A stretch of 64,000 nt of DNA from Calcarisporiella thermophila CBS 279.70 (GCF_041956535.1 NW_027192216.1:323970-387969), one strand, 5' to 3'; positions 28,492 to 42,146 are shown, counted from the stretch's first letter. The notes: generated by a model not told the origin, from the letters alone. Numbers and translations: made by a program.

Positions 28492-30053
28492 AATGACAGG
28501 TTAAATCTCTGGCCAAGATGTATGAGAGAACAGCTGGGAAGCATCAAGGATGGAGTTGGTATGCCAAACGTTCCTCATACAGCAGCGGCTAAGTGGTTTG
28601 ATAAGCAATGGAGAGAAGAGCAAGTCTTGTAGCTCCAGAAATGTATTGGGATGCCAAGTGCTCGAATGCCTCGTGGCAAAATACAAAAAAAAAATCCGAC
28701 CCTTTTTTAGGGCCAGTGTGGAGTATATATATGCCATTTTCGAGCAAGGGGGAAGTGCTCAGACTGCAGACTCCGGTTTAGTGAACAGAGAGGACGGATG
28801 GACTAAAAAGAGCATAGGATTTGACAGAAAGGCGGGCCATTAAGTGGACATGCTAAGTGTTGCAGGGGCTGCCACAACAACCACCAGAAACCCCTTCCTA
28901 AGAGGCGAGCTTTCTCTGTTTTAGCGGCCACCAGGCGAGCCTTGTCAGTCCTGGACCGCAAAAGGTGCCCCAGGTTAATGAACAGTAAATTGAAACCCTG
29001 CTATTGCAGGCCACCTGTGGCGCTTTCTCCCCGCCTCGCTAGCCTCTCAGAGCTTACGGGATTGACTGCTTGTGGCTCCAGCCAACCGGCAGCAGTCCTC
29101 GTTCTCTGGGCTCAAAGCTTTTTCATTTGACTTTCCCAACTCTCTTGGGGCGAGGTCCAGGATAGCGGACAGCGGGCAACTGAGGTCTCGAGCTCTCTCA
29201 AAAGCAGCCTAAGAAAAGAGAAACTGTCCGTTGTTGTTGAACGCGCGAACATCCAATCACTGTGGGCATTGGCCAACCCGAATGTTTGACCCTTCCTTAT
29301 ACGTCCGTCTCCTTGCCGGCCGCAATATAACACCTGCCAAGCCTCCACGCTGACCTGCTACCAACCCGTGGTAATTGCTCTCAAATTTGTTTGATCGCTG
29401 TCTCGAGCGGCCGGCAAGGAGACAGATGCAAAAGGAAGGTCCAGGGCCTGTTTGTTTGCTCCAAGCGCCCGAAAACTCCCGTGCTATCTCGCTCCCCCGA
29501 GAGGGCGAGGGGCCGTGGCGGGGGCTTACCTTCACCGGGCTCTCCCTTCTCGGGCTCGCAGGACCTTGGGCAACCTGTTCAGTCAGGAGACAAAGCCTGG
29601 TCAAACAAGCGAAATGAAGGCCCCCTGCCAAGTGCGCAGAGTACAGTCCTCAGGACCGAGTACAAGAGACACCCCATTCCCATGCCACCCCTCCACCCTA
29701 GGATCCAAAGAAACCTCGTTTTCCAGCGTCCTGGCCAGGAGTCGGCGGTGCCTCTCGCCGTTTCCACTCTAATAAAATTTGTGGTTGAAACTCGATCATT
29801 TTTATTAGTATTAATCAACAACAGGAAGCAATAGTAATACTCAATATCACTGGGCAAATAGCGCAGTCATGGGTGGGCCTAAGTGGGCGATAGTTTGGGG
29901 TGTGAGAGGCATGGGCTCTGATGGGTATATTCACTCTCGTTCCCCTTTGTTGGTCCAGTCTACTTCGGTTAACAACGGGCATTTCAATATGAATGTAGTT
30001 CGCCACTTTCGTTATTCCAGTGTCGGACTCCGCGAGGATATTTGCCGGATAGC

Positions 30054-30090
30054 CACGTGGGGTGGCAACCATTGAGTTCATATGACGTCA
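30054..30090. promoter_or_regulatory. E-box/G-box (CACGTG) and CRE (TGACGTCA) upstream of the yippee gene
   Basis: Perfect CACGTG at 30054-30059 and TGACGTCA at 30083-30090, about 120-155 bp before the ATG. Confidence 0.4.
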
Positions 30091-30209
30091 GCACTACTCT
30101 CTTTTAAGCTCCTGACAATGTGACCACAGTATGAAGCCTGTATCCGCTCTAACTGACAAAAGACTGTGAAATAGCCACCACAAGCCAATTAGTGCGAAGG
30201 AGCAACGCT

Positions 30210-30768
30210 ATGAGCAACAGTACCTCTCTGCTCTTGCCTCCGTGTTTCACGATGGCACGCACTAATTAGAGGGTTTTTTTTTTGTAGGCCGCGCCAACGG
30301 AGTGTTTGCCACTTTTCTCGACGGAGGGCGAATCTATACGTGCGCTATGTGTAACACCCATCTCGCTCGGCACGATGAGATTATATCCAAGGTAATGGCT
30401 CTATGGCGCGCATTACGTTGCTCTTTCTCACTCTGGCTCTTCTGTCCCATTAGGCCTTTAATGGAAGACATGGGCGCGCTTACTTGTTCAATCATGTTGA
30501 GAACATTTCGCTGGGCCCTCGGGAGGATAGGGTGCTCATGAGTGGGCTGCATTCGGTAGCAGATATTAGCTGTTTGGTGTGCCAGACGGTGGTTGGATGG
30601 AAATATGTAAGTCGTAGCTTTCTCTTTCTCCTTCAGACACTCCCTCGCGAACTAATGGACCGAACGCGGAATTAGATTGCAGCATTCGAACCCTCACAGC
30701 GGTATAAGGAGGGCAAATACATTGTAGAAAAGGCAAAAATCACAAAGGAGAACGGTTGGGACGACTAG
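30210..30768 (+). CDS. Yippee-like (YPEL/Moh1) zinc-binding protein; 4 exons
   Basis: [51 protein letters not shown] and [13 protein letters not shown]. The first exon (MSN) is inferred. Confidence 0.92.
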
Positions 30769-30954
30769 AGATGACTCTACTCTTTAATACCGCCTTGAAG
30801 CCCTATTTTCAAAGATTTTACGACTGAGCTTTATTGTAATCTTGTATGAATTGCCATCAATGCTTCGTTTGTGCTACTAGTCAGCATGTCATGCTATTCA
30901 CCCAATGTATTTTCATGATTATTATTAACTTATTTTGGAAGGAGGACTGGAACA

Positions 30955-32143
30955 TTACTGAGTTTGTTTTTTAAGAAAGTCGATATATCCCTGGATGACC
31001 CGTTCACGGTCCGGCTCTGGCTCGTTGTGCACTGTAGGGGCGGGAGAGAGGGGGGGGAGGTCAAAGTTGAGATTCGATTTGCCTTGCTCGACCAATGAGG
31101 AAACATCGTGGGCATTACTTACATTCGTGGTAGAAGTCGTCATACGTGACGAAGGTCTTATCGCCCTCGAACTTATCGATGAATTGCTTCGTGTGCTCGT
31201 AGGACGTGAGCTGGTCTTTGGTGCCGTGCGTCACGTAGATTGGAACCTTGATGTCTTTGTAGCGAGAGGTGAGGAGGGCTTTCCCCTCCGACATGAAGTC
31301 ATCGGCTAACATCCAACATCGGCCGTCAGAAGATATCAATCTACAGCTTATTGGGGCATGGGGTATTTACCGCAACGCAGCGAGGTTATATTGTGCACCA
31401 GCGGGTCGGCGTCATACTTCAGGACCTCTTGTTCGTCGCGGCTAATGCCCGAGGAGGGCACATTGGCGGGGACCTGGAATGAGCCTATCACTTTAGAGAG
31501 CAGAGAGCCGAGAGCCACCACGGGCCGGGGTGGTGCAGTTTCCTTCGGAACACTATGACGGCAAAATAGGAAACGAAGAGGGGGTCATTGTCGATTCCTT
31601 CCACCAATGGAGCCAATGAAAAACCCACACTAGAAGGGGCGAGCAGGCAATAACTGCCTTGATCTTCTCCTTAAGCTCCCCCATTGCAGCGTAGTTCAAA
31701 ACTATGGCACCCCCCATGCTGTGCCCCATTAGGAAGAGCGGCCGACCTGCTTCTTCATCCTCTTTGGTGTACGCGTATTTAATGATGGTGGTGAGATCGT
31801 CCAACACGGTCGCATATCCCTTGGTGACGCCAAGCTTTTTTGATTTTTGGCCAGTCCGTCCAAATCCGCGCTGATCGTACGAAACGACGCGGAAGGATTC
31901 ACTTGCGAAGCGTGTGAAGACATGATCATAGCGAGTGCAATGCCTGTAATTACCAAGAAAGGTCAAGTGAGTGTTCCCAGGGCGGGAAGCCGGAAAGAAT
32001 GCGGAGCATTACTCTCCAAATCCGTGCACAAAAACCACGACGGCCTTTGGCGAGGTGGTGGGTGTCCATTCGCGAATATAGACCTCATGCTCATCTGGAA
32101 GCAGGATCCATTTTTCGCTGACAAAGTCGGGCAGAGTGCTCAT
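30955..32143 (-). CDS. Monoglyceride lipase / lysophospholipase (alpha/beta hydrolase, Hydrolase_4); multi-exon
   Basis: VHGFGEHC.RY, DQRGFG, GHSMGG nucleophile, HGTKD and FYHELHNEPE. Confidence 0.9.
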
Positions 32144-32406
32144 TGTTTTGAGAGGAAGCAAGGGGGAAAAGCAGCAAGGAAGCCTTTGAGCTCGTGGAAA
32201 TGGTTGGGAAATAAAAGTAACGTTAGCGAAGGACTAGGGAAATGCGATCTCTCGGCTACTCTTTTAATATTTTCACGAGGCCTTCTTTTCTTCCTATCGC
32301 GCATTATTTCAGAATTTGAATTAGAATCCGGTGGTGGCACATCGGATCGTTTCACTAAGCTTTTATTAAAAAAAAACAACCATGACGCAAAAAATAAGCA
32401 AAATTC

Positions 32407-34054
32407 TCAAAGACACTTTTTCTCCACTATAGACGCGCCGGACTCCTCATACTCCTTCCGTGAGACCCATAGCTGGTGGAAGGTGCCCATGGAGGCGAGG
32501 ATGGAGCCGCCTAGCCATCCACTGTACTTGCGCTCTACCGTGTTTCCGGGCGCATGGATCTTGAACTTTTGCTAAATTAGCCAAATGATCATGTCAGCAT
32601 TCCATCCTCGATCTGGGAAAATCTTCCCGCATCCGTTTCAGTTTACCCCAAATGCCAAGTTATACAAGTCCTGGTTGATCCGCTCTGTGAAGCCAGGGAA
32701 GAGTGTATTGCCGCCCGTCACCACAATGTTACTCAACAGCGATGGCCGCATGTCAATATCACAGCTGAGGGCGCTGTTGAAAATTAACTGTGGGATGCCT
32801 ACCGCGGATTCGACAGAGCGCGTCTCCTCGTCGGTGAACCCGACGACAGGCTTTCTGATGTATTGCTGGGGCTGGAAGAGTAGCTCAGGGACTCGGTAGC
32901 GCTCCGAGCCCACATTCATATTATAGCCATCCGGGAACTCGTAGGGTCTCTGGGGACGTGCGGATATCACGCTGGATAAAGGGGAAAAAAAGTTTGGTTA
33001 GATTGTGCGGATAGAGAAAAATGGGCATGGAAAATGGTCACTTTTCATCGTAGGGCATCTCTGCAACCTGGCAGACGCTCTCTTTGAATTCATGGATTGT
33101 TCTCTGTTTGAAGAAAAAAATAAAGAAATGGGTGAGTGAGGAGGAGGCATTTTGATTGCCAACCGCGGCATCATCCCCTCACCATTTTCATGTACTTGTG
33201 AAAACTCTCTGTGGTATTGGGTCGATCCTTTAGTACGGCGTTGGCGGGCTGCCCTGGTTCTACAGGGTGCTTTTTCGCCACCAAGTATTGCGGCACCACC
33301 TTGACCCCATCCGCCTCCAGCCCCTGCAGGATCTGGTCGGAGACAAACTCGCCCGCCACTATCTGCCGCTGCATCCCGCGTTGAAGCACATATCCGTCGT
33401 ACACCGGCACAGCGCTAGTGACACCTCCCCCCGAGGAGAGGACGAGCGCGGTGGATCGCCCCGTGGCGAAAGCGGTGCACACCGCGTCTCGTGCAAGATA
33501 GAAGGCAGGCACATTCAGGGACTCGAATGCGATTTCGCACATTTTTTCTCTCGCTTCGCGAGGATTCCATGCCGGCTCAACCACCAGCAGCGGGTGCTCT
33601 TCTGCCCTTACCCTCAATCTCCCCTTGATGGCATATTCCCACATTTTCTCCAGTGCATCCCAATCCTTTACTAGTCCATCGCGTCCCACCACCTGTTGGA
33701 TCTCCATGTTGGGTCTCCAGCATGTAATGTCGCCATCGCCGAATATGTATTGCTTTTGCTGTTGCTGTGGGGTCGATGCAGTCATAGAGGTGTCACCCTC
33801 CGCATCGGTGGGTGGCGCAGAGGCGGACGATGGAAGTACACCTGCAAGCGAGGGGAAGACCGCCTTGGGTGTGTCTTCACCGGCGTAGCCTGCCCGGGTC
33901 CAGCAGTAGCCTGTGTCTAGGACTAGGGCAGAGATCTCGTCTAGATTGAATTAAATTAATCCCATTAGATTGGCAGAGCGATGGCCATTAATTTCATCAT
34001 TCTCATCATTAAGAGGAACAGAATGAAGGTATTACCGCCTCCGTATGTTGCCAT
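32407..34054 (-). CDS. ARP4: Actin-related protein 4 (NuA4/INO80/SWR1 subunit); multi-exon
   Basis: [68 protein letters not shown]. Confidence 0.93.
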
Positions 34055-34253
34055 GATTCTAGTAGCACAATTTTATAAAAGGGCTGCAAGTGCTGGCGAT
34101 CTAGTCTAGTTATCGCGTCCGCGGAGACATGGTCTAGCAGAAGAAGAGTTTTCGACAATTTGTGGCGCAGAAATAAGCCACTTCATTTCAACCATCTTCT
34201 CGAGTAAACATGTTGGACGAGATAGACGTTGATCGTTCTCGTTAAAAAAGTCG

Positions 34254-35086
34254 ATGGCCATGCTGTTACGGACACTCGCAACCGCTCGTAGTCTGGTGAG
34301 ACCAGCTTATTGCAGAGCCATCAGTTCCATCCCACCTACCCAACAGTCACAAAACAGTAATATCCTTTTCAATGCATTTTCTAACCATGATTGTTGAGCA
34401 TGTATGCGGATTAGATGCGATCGACACACCCGACACGACCGAACACGCCCATGCCGCCCTTACAAAAGTTCTCCAGACACTTACTAACAGTAAGATTTCA
34501 TTTTCTACCCGAGTCCGCGCATCTTATTGATGGGTTAATACTAGGAGAAAAGAGTGCGAAGCAGAAGGAACCCGAGCCGCCCGTTATCCGTCACCAGCGC
34601 ACCTTCGCAGTAGGAGACACATACCGCCCAGAGGATTTAAATGATATCCAGCAAGGATCACGACGGCAGAGGCGGCCTACCCCTAACGATCCTTTCCGAA
34701 CCCTTGGCCTCGATCCTCTCAAAGAGTACAAGGTAACGAGCAAAAGCTTGTCCTGTCAAGCGTAACTTTCGTTCGGGGGCTAACATGAATTGTGAATGGG
34801 ATAGAATTTCATGTTACTGTCAAGTTTCGTTTCAGAGCTTGGAAAAATTCTCCCGCGCGATCAAACGGGCCTTTCATCCAAGCATCAGAGAAAATTGTCA
34901 AAGGCAGTAAAGAGAGCGAGAGCTATGGGTAATTTTGCTTGACGTAAATCCGGGCGGTTTGACACCGGTCTAACCCTCACTTTCCCCTTTTTATCTTCTA
35001 CCATAGGACTTATCCCGTGTACGCACAAACTACCTGCAGCCGTGGAAAAGGATTCATACCGACCACGACGTTCCTATGTAAAATAA
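34254..35086 (+). CDS. RSM18: Mitochondrial ribosomal protein bS18m; multi-exon
   Basis: Presequence-like N-terminus; [52 protein letters not shown]. Confidence 0.88.
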
Positions 35087-35199
35087 AATAGAATAATAAA
35101 TTGTGGCTTTTGAATTGGTGGAGATCTGTGCTCACATGGAGGCTGAAAAAACTTCCCCACACCAACATAATTCTTAACCTTTTCAAATGGGAACCGGAA

Positions 35200-38100
35200 A
35201 TGACAACGAGGCCCAAACGTTCCTCCTTGCGACGCAGCCTAGGTTCTTCCCAACCCATGCCGAGCAGCTCCAAGCTTACCTATGAATACGCATTACGTTG
35301 TGCCATTTTTGCCTCCCAAGAGGAATGGCGCCAGAGACAGTCCACTTTAACTAATGAAGTTCCCAACGGAATTCCTAGTTTCCGTAGAGACCCTTTTAGC
35401 CCACCCATATCAGCTGAAGAGGGTTGGAGTGGACTTTCGTCAACCTCAGGTTCCAAATCCGCTGATTTCAGAAAGGAGCCTGAGAATTCTCCTACCTCCA
35501 ATGAAGTTTCGAGGGAATTTTTACTGGCATTAAGAGAAAAGTCGGCCTATATCATGGCTAGCCTTGAAAATGTGAAAGGAGAAAAAGAATTCCAGTGCAG
35601 CCTCCAGCATTTCCAAAACGATGTTTTCCCAATTCTGGAAGCTAATCCATCAGTTACTGTGGAGGAATTGATGGCAGGTTTTGCGAAATGCTGTACAGAA
35701 GGAGAAGGCTGTGCAAGACCGCTGCAATTATTCACGAAGTTCGTCAAAGAGGTTGGTATCAAAAGCGCAACCATGAGCCAGGAGACAGCGCGGCAGTTGG
35801 AAAATTTTATGCAGGAGCACGGACGCGTGCCTGAGGGAGACAATGAAAATGAATTGTCGGGAGATAGCATGGCGGACATGCCGTTGGTACGGCATGTTGG
35901 ACGCTTGTTTGAGGTGGATTTAGCGCATTTCTCCAAGAGAGTTATTGAGCTGCAGTCCATATGCACTGAACAAGTAGGTATTGCTATAATATATTGGGGG
36001 AAAAAAGCATGCAAGAAACACCATTATCCCTTTCTATGAAAGTGTGCAGAGTATCTAAGAGAATTGCATCTTTATTAGAATGCGCTTGAAGATATCAAGC
36101 GACTACTGGATTGTTTCCATCGGAAGAGTCCCTACCTCAGTCGGACGGATTTTCTTTCTGACGAGGCCTTTGCTATCTGGATGGAGCGAGAAAAACAGCA
36201 GTTGAATGGGCTGTTGAACGTATTGGCTCAGCAATCTTGCACAAGTATTCGATCCCCGACCCAGGTACTACCTGCAACGCTACTCTCTCGGGAACATCTG
36301 CCGGCCGATGACCCGGACTCTTGTTTGAAGCGCGACCATGTCGATCACAAAGTGAATTCCAAATTTCCATTCTTCTCGGTCTGTAGAACCCTTAATGAAA
36401 CGGTCGTTTGCCTGTAGACAAGCGAGTTTACCTTTATTCCCCCGGACCCTAAGCTTTGCTTGCGCATCTTATTAACCGTATGCTTCAATCATGAGTGCAG
36501 TCCTACCAAGCTTGCCTCCGCGCAAAGGCGCATCCTTCTCCCACACAGCGAAACTCTCCTCAAAGAGTGTGTCGTGCGTTGGCGCCTGCCACCCACCTAT
36601 CGGCACCTTCTACTGCTCGATCTCATCACCTCGCGTATCCCGGACTCGGGACGGTATCAGAAATCCATGGTTTCTCACGCAAAGGATCAGCTAGACACTT
36701 TGATGCGCGTGCAAAAAGAGTACGAGTTTTCCTTGTGGACCGTCAATGAAAGGGAACTCATGCTGCATATATTGGAGGCATTATCTCGGGTTGTGATTGA
36801 GCTGTTTGCGAAGGAGATGGAGGGGTATTATAATGCCTGGAATGAGTGGGTCAGAGAGTTGGAGGAACTGTTGGAGAAGGTCCGAAATCACTCCATCTAT
36901 CGTGACGGCCATTCCAATGGCGCTGGGAAGGATATGGAGATCAAAGATATCTTAGCCGAGAGGCTAGAGGGCGCCGCCATCACGCGATATCACCACATTA
37001 GCACCGATATCGAGCAGGAGCACGGGGAGGTAAGTGAGATCGGAAAGATGGTGACCCTGGCGTATAAGCTTTTGGTCGAGTACAAAGTACTTAACAGGCG
37101 ATTTCCACGGGCCATTCTTCAAGGGTAAACCTACCCTGTGATACATCGAGGGGGGGGGGGGGGAGGGCAGCTTAGAATTGACGTCTGCATTGCTATGTTA
37201 GCCAACTGAATGTCCTGGGCATAGTGCTGAGAAAACAGATGGCCTATTTTGTCTTGCAATTGGAGTGTGTACAGATGGCTGGAGCCGATAAAGCATTTGA
37301 TCTGTATCGAAGCGTGGTTCAACTGATGAAGCTCTATAGTGCCTTTTGCCCTGAGTAGGTTGATGTTCCATCCACTTTTGTTCGTGGTTGAGTTGTCTTC
37401 CAGCCCTTATGTATCGAATATTTGGGGTTTTTCTAACAGGGAGGCTGTTGCCTTCAAATTCCGGCTGGAGTCGCACTTCCTCACCACAATCCACCGATAT
37501 CTTCAGGAGTGCGAGTCGTGCATTCTTGAATGGGTGCAGAACGCTCTCCAGCAAGACACATTCCACCCATTGCGGGATGAAGGGGCACAATGCTCCTCCT
37601 CCATTGTCGACATATTTATCAGCATCCATCAAGTAAGTAAAAATAAAGGTGAAGAGAGGGCTGTATGCCCCTCCTCCCCCCACACTCCATCGGGATAAAC
37701 CGAATCCTTTTAGGCCGTAGATTTCATCCAGCAGCTTGAGTGGCCTGATCCCGCGAAAAACGCCGAGTTCCAGACCCAGCTGGCGCGAATCGCGTGTCGC
37801 GCTATGGAGCAGTATTGCGTGCTGATGGAGTATCTTTTCTCTCAGGATATACAGATGGGGAATCCCGAGTCCATCCTCGACCATCAGGAGGGGGCTGTCC
37901 CCGCGGTTGAAGCCAAAAGCTGGGTTTTCCGAGCCAAATCATGGGTCCATCCCCCCCACGCCCATACGCAGCCGCTTCATTTAACACAGCAAATGTGCGT
38001 TAAGCTGAATGATATTGAAATCGCGCGTCGGCGACTTGATGAGCTCTATCAACTCATGGGGGTGGATTCCATTGCGAGGGCAAACTCTCTTCAAATGAGG

Positions 38101-39362
38101 ATCAAGAGGGAGCAAAGTCAGCTCTGCGTTTTGAAGATCGTGAAGGGCGAGGGGCTTGGTAAGGGATTGCTGAGCGTTGTTCTGGAGCATGAGGGAAGGG
38201 TCATCGCGCGAACGTTGGCAAGATCAGGACCCAATCCCGTTTGGAATCAAGTCTTTGAAATGCCCCTGGAGGAGGAGGCTGAGATACTTCTCACCGTAGT
38301 GGAGAAGGAGAGGTGGGTTGGAGAGGCCAGGGTGAAGCTCATGTCGGATCCCCCCACTTGGATCACCCTCTTGAATAGCAAAAGCAAGCGTGAGTCCGTC
38401 GGTTTCGTCGGTACAGGAGGAGAGGGCCAAGGGCGCGTTCAGCTGAGGATCCACTTCGAATCCCGTGAATACGACATTCAATCGTGGTTTGCTAAAGCTT
38501 TCAGGGTCTTAACGAGGACAGAGGGTGTTATGGTTGCGGCGATCGTGGAGCAATTTTCGCCAGCCATACATGATAGTTTGTCGCGTTCTGCCATCTCCGG
38601 TGTGCTAGCGCCAGCCAGGCGCCTATCATGGCCCAACCTTGCCAACCAAGCACTTCATGGCTTGAGCAGCATGACGACGTTAGTGACGACCAGAGCCCCC
38701 CTCCATCCACCGTCATCAGGGAACCAATCGTCCATTTCTGCTTTTGACTGCGAGCAGGCACTGGATCCTCTGTTGGAATACCTTGAGCGCAATTTGAAAA
38801 TGCTCTGCGACACCCTCCCAAGCAGAGTTATGAACGTAGTGTTGCTAAGGGTGTGGAAAGAGATCCTGAACGCGGTGGTGGAGATGCTATTGCCGCCTCT
38901 AGAAGGAGCCACGATGAGGCCGTTGAGCGAGATGGAGGGGTTTGTGGTGTTCAAATGGGTGGAGGTATTTTCCCGATAAGCCTTCTTCCATTCTTTCACT
39001 AATCCTTTTGTGAAACTCTGCCCCATTTTGAATGGTGACTCTAGCTTTTAAAGATATACTTCAACGGAGGCGAGGAAGGGAATGCGATACCTCTAGACCA
39101 GCTCGAGTCGCAGAAATACCGCGACATACTACAACTCTGGCAGCTCTATGACGCTCCAATAGAGGAGCTGCAGAGCGAGCGTCGGGGCGAACGCATGAGG
39201 TCAAGGAGAAGGGTCCCCTTAGAATTGGTGCTGAGGCTGTTGAAGATGCGCCTGGACAATGGCGAGGAGAGGGCGGGGGAAATCTTGGCCCATTTGCGGG
39301 GGGAAATGAAGAGGGGAAAGGAAGGGCCCAGAGCGCAGAGTCCTATGCAAGATGAATCGTGA
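35200..39362 (+). CDS. Fungal C2-domain / Munc13-homology (MUN) protein; multi-exon
   Basis: YEYALR, FTFIPPDP, EWVQNALQQDTF, SSSIVDIF, CVKLNDIE, C2 motif NPVWNQVF, and MHD2 PLLEYLERNLKML...VWKEIL. Confidence 0.82.
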
Positions 39363-39637
39363 ACATTTCTGCGCCACGGCGGCCTCGGACGCGAATTTTC
39401 GATCCTCGAGAACAGTATTAGTTAGAGCAGAGGGTCGGAGAATACGAAAAAAAAATTTTGATGCGAGGGCTTTGAGCGGTGTTTCCTTTATCTATTTTTT
39501 TTTTTTCTTTTCCCTTTATCATCCATTCTCTTTGTTTGTAATTTCTTATTTTCCTGTAGATTCTCCTGCCCATTTTGCCCGTGAGATGTTGAGCCTCCCC
39601 TGGTTCTTCTGAATCCATTACTCCGACGGCCGCCGCC

Positions 39638-41706
39638 ATGCACTCCCAGAAGTTGGACACCCCCAATCGCGGTTTTACCGCCGAGTCCCCGAGTGGGTTC
39701 TCCCAGCAGGAGAGCCAGTATTTCCGGCTGCTGCTCACTTTCATTGGCGGTGATGGGCAACCCATCCATTCCCCTGGATACGAGAAAGTCAACTCAGGGA
39801 TCATCGCTCCTTCCAATTCTCATTGTTCTGGTAGCACCTCAACTCAATCCAATCCCCATTCCATGACAGCAACCCCTATTTCCAATACCACGTCCTCGAC
39901 GCCTTCATCCGTTGCAACCCCACCTCCACCCCCAGCAACGTCCCCCTCCCTTCTCTCTATCAATGTCCAGAGGGAATCTTCCGAGACGACCGCGGAAGAT
40001 TCAACCAAAGAATGGGCAACGCGACTTTTGCACGAGAAACTCTCTTCCTCCACCTCCGAAATCACGCTTCAGCCTCCACCGTCATTGCCCATCCCCCTAA
40101 TGGAACTTCCTCCCACTCCCTCCATCATAGGCGAGCCAAGACGTGCAAGAATTCGGAGCTTGAGCATGAACATTTTTCGAAATCAGCTTCCGATCTCCCT
40201 GAAATCCCCCAAACTCCCCTTGTCTGAACCGCCGCGTCATTCGCGTGCCCCGTCTATAGCAAGCTCGACGAAGTCGTCCGCGACTGGAAGGGGACTATTG
40301 CGGTGGTTTAAGAACATGAGTAGCATCGATCTTGCCCACCACCGAGCCACGGACAGCGAGGAATCGGGGGATGAGAGGACGAGGGGGGCTTTTGTGGAGA
40401 GGGAGTTGAAGCCCCCCAATGCTCCATTTATGGTTGAGGCGCGTCAATTTCATGAAGAACCAGCATGTTTTCAACTTTCCGACCACGTCTCCGAAGCGCC
40501 GGGGAGAGACGCCAGCGCTGGCGTTTTGACGTCATCTCCACCCACTCCCTCCGATCCCCACCAGAAAAGAGGCATCCATCGGTCCTGCTCGAGCGTGGAT
40601 GTGGTGCAGAGTGGGTCTCTGGACTGGTCCTCCGCCCGTGAGGTTGGCCGGTATGTCTCGCTGAACAACGGGCGGATAACCCAAGAGGAGTTTTCAAGGA
40701 GAAGGGCGGCGGTGGACGCGGTGGTGGCGGGGAGAATTGGCGAGGAGATTAGAAATGAAAATGTGGGTAGGGTAATCTTCCTTCTTTGTGGCGAGAGCCT
40801 AACCTCTTTATTATGCGCCAGATGAGGAATAATCGAGAGCGAAGCTTTTCGTCCCCATTGCCATCCCTAGCCACCATTCCCGATCATATCAAGTGCATGC
40901 AAATCCGGAAGTTTATCGCGCAGGAGATTGTGACGACGGAGGAGTCCTTTCTCTCGCACCTCCTCTCCATCCGCACGGTAACCCACCTTGTTTTGTTTAT
41001 TTATTTTTGCTTTGGCCATTTTCTCATTTCATCGATTTTCTTACCCCCTTCCCCCCCTCTCTCGCTGTTCTCCGCAGGTGTTTATGGAGCCTCTCTTTCA
41101 ATCCATCGACACGGATAACCCCCTTGTCAGCTCTCGCGACCTCAATACCCTCTTTGCACACCTAGAAGATATCATCACCACATCCACCCAGTTTGCCACC
41201 CAACTGCGGCAGCTGCGCTCCACCTGGAGCGACCAATCCTGTATCGGTGCCTATTTCCTTCGCGTTGATTTCGACGCTTACATAAGATACGCCTTGCACC
41301 ACCCCGAAGCTCAGCGAGTCCTAAAGCGTGTGAACAAGCGATTAGTCTATAGGAGATTCATGCAGCAGTCTAGGCAGGAGGCCAACCGGCTGGAGCTGGG
41401 CGACCTGCTCATCATGCCCGTGCAGCGGATCACTCGGTACTGTCTCCTGTTGAGAGGTAAGCGCGATCTTTGTGTGTTCCCTCTTGAATGACGGTTGAGC
41501 TGAGGCGGTACTTTCTGTTTGCACCCTCCATATGACCTCGGTCGCGGTTAGATTTGAAAAAGCACACGCCGCTGGACCATCCTGATTTCGCCGATGTAGA
41601 ACAGGCTTTGATGGAGGTGTCGGCGGTTGCGATGGCGGCAAACAATGTCGAGCCGTTAAGCAATTCGAGCAGTGGGAATTCCAAGAGAAGAACGCTATTT
41701 TTGTAA
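39638..41706 (+). CDS. Rho guanine-nucleotide exchange factor (C-terminal DH domain, no PH domain); about 4 exons
   Basis: EIVTTEESFL, LFAHLEDI, LLIMPVQRITRYCLLL and KHTPLDHPD; disordered S/P-rich N-terminus; GCCGCCGCCATG start context. Confidence 0.85.
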
Positions 41707-42146
41707 ATAATTACGAGATGCTTTTCGTGTTTGTTCTTATTTCTCCCCCCACCACCCTATAATAAATTACGTAAAGATCCTCCCTATGTTGGTTCCTTGC
41801 CTATGCAGGATGGCTCCTGATCTCTTGTCCTGATTGGTGATTGGCCGCGATATATTAAGGGACCGGCCTGAAGTTTAAAGATGGAGCTGCTGTGCTACGT
41901 GGGCTACAGCAATCATGTAATATAGCGGCCAAACAAGCTTTTTTCTACTCATATTTATATTTGTGCATGGGGTGAGAGCTAATAGCGTCTTTGTTCGCCG
42001 TGAAGCCGGGTTCTTAAACGAGTCGCCACCCTCCCTCCCTGATTCCATCCCCTCATCCCCATCCTTTCGCCCCTGCACCCTCCCCCTCCCCCTCTCCCTA
42101 CCCATTTACCCCTTCCCTACGCCCATCCGCATCTCTATACTATATC

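Noticed and set aside
28500-30200. Many short ORFs in the long intergenic region
   Set aside because: No recognisable product and mutually overlapping; more consistent with divergent promoters.
34357-34414. ATATCCTTT resembling a U12 (AT-AC) donor in the first RSM18 intron
   Set aside because: The GT..AG intron starting 3 nt upstream preserves the frame. No AC acceptor fits, and the nearby AG gives the wrong frame.
37149-37163. Poly-G run (also T/G runs near 26990-27008 and poly-C near 58300)
   Set aside because: Intronic or intergenic homopolymers with no evidence of function; lengths may be sequencing-dependent.
35200-39362. Apparent in-frame stops suggesting selenocysteine or readthrough
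   Set aside because: The stops I checked fall inside canonical GT-AG introns.
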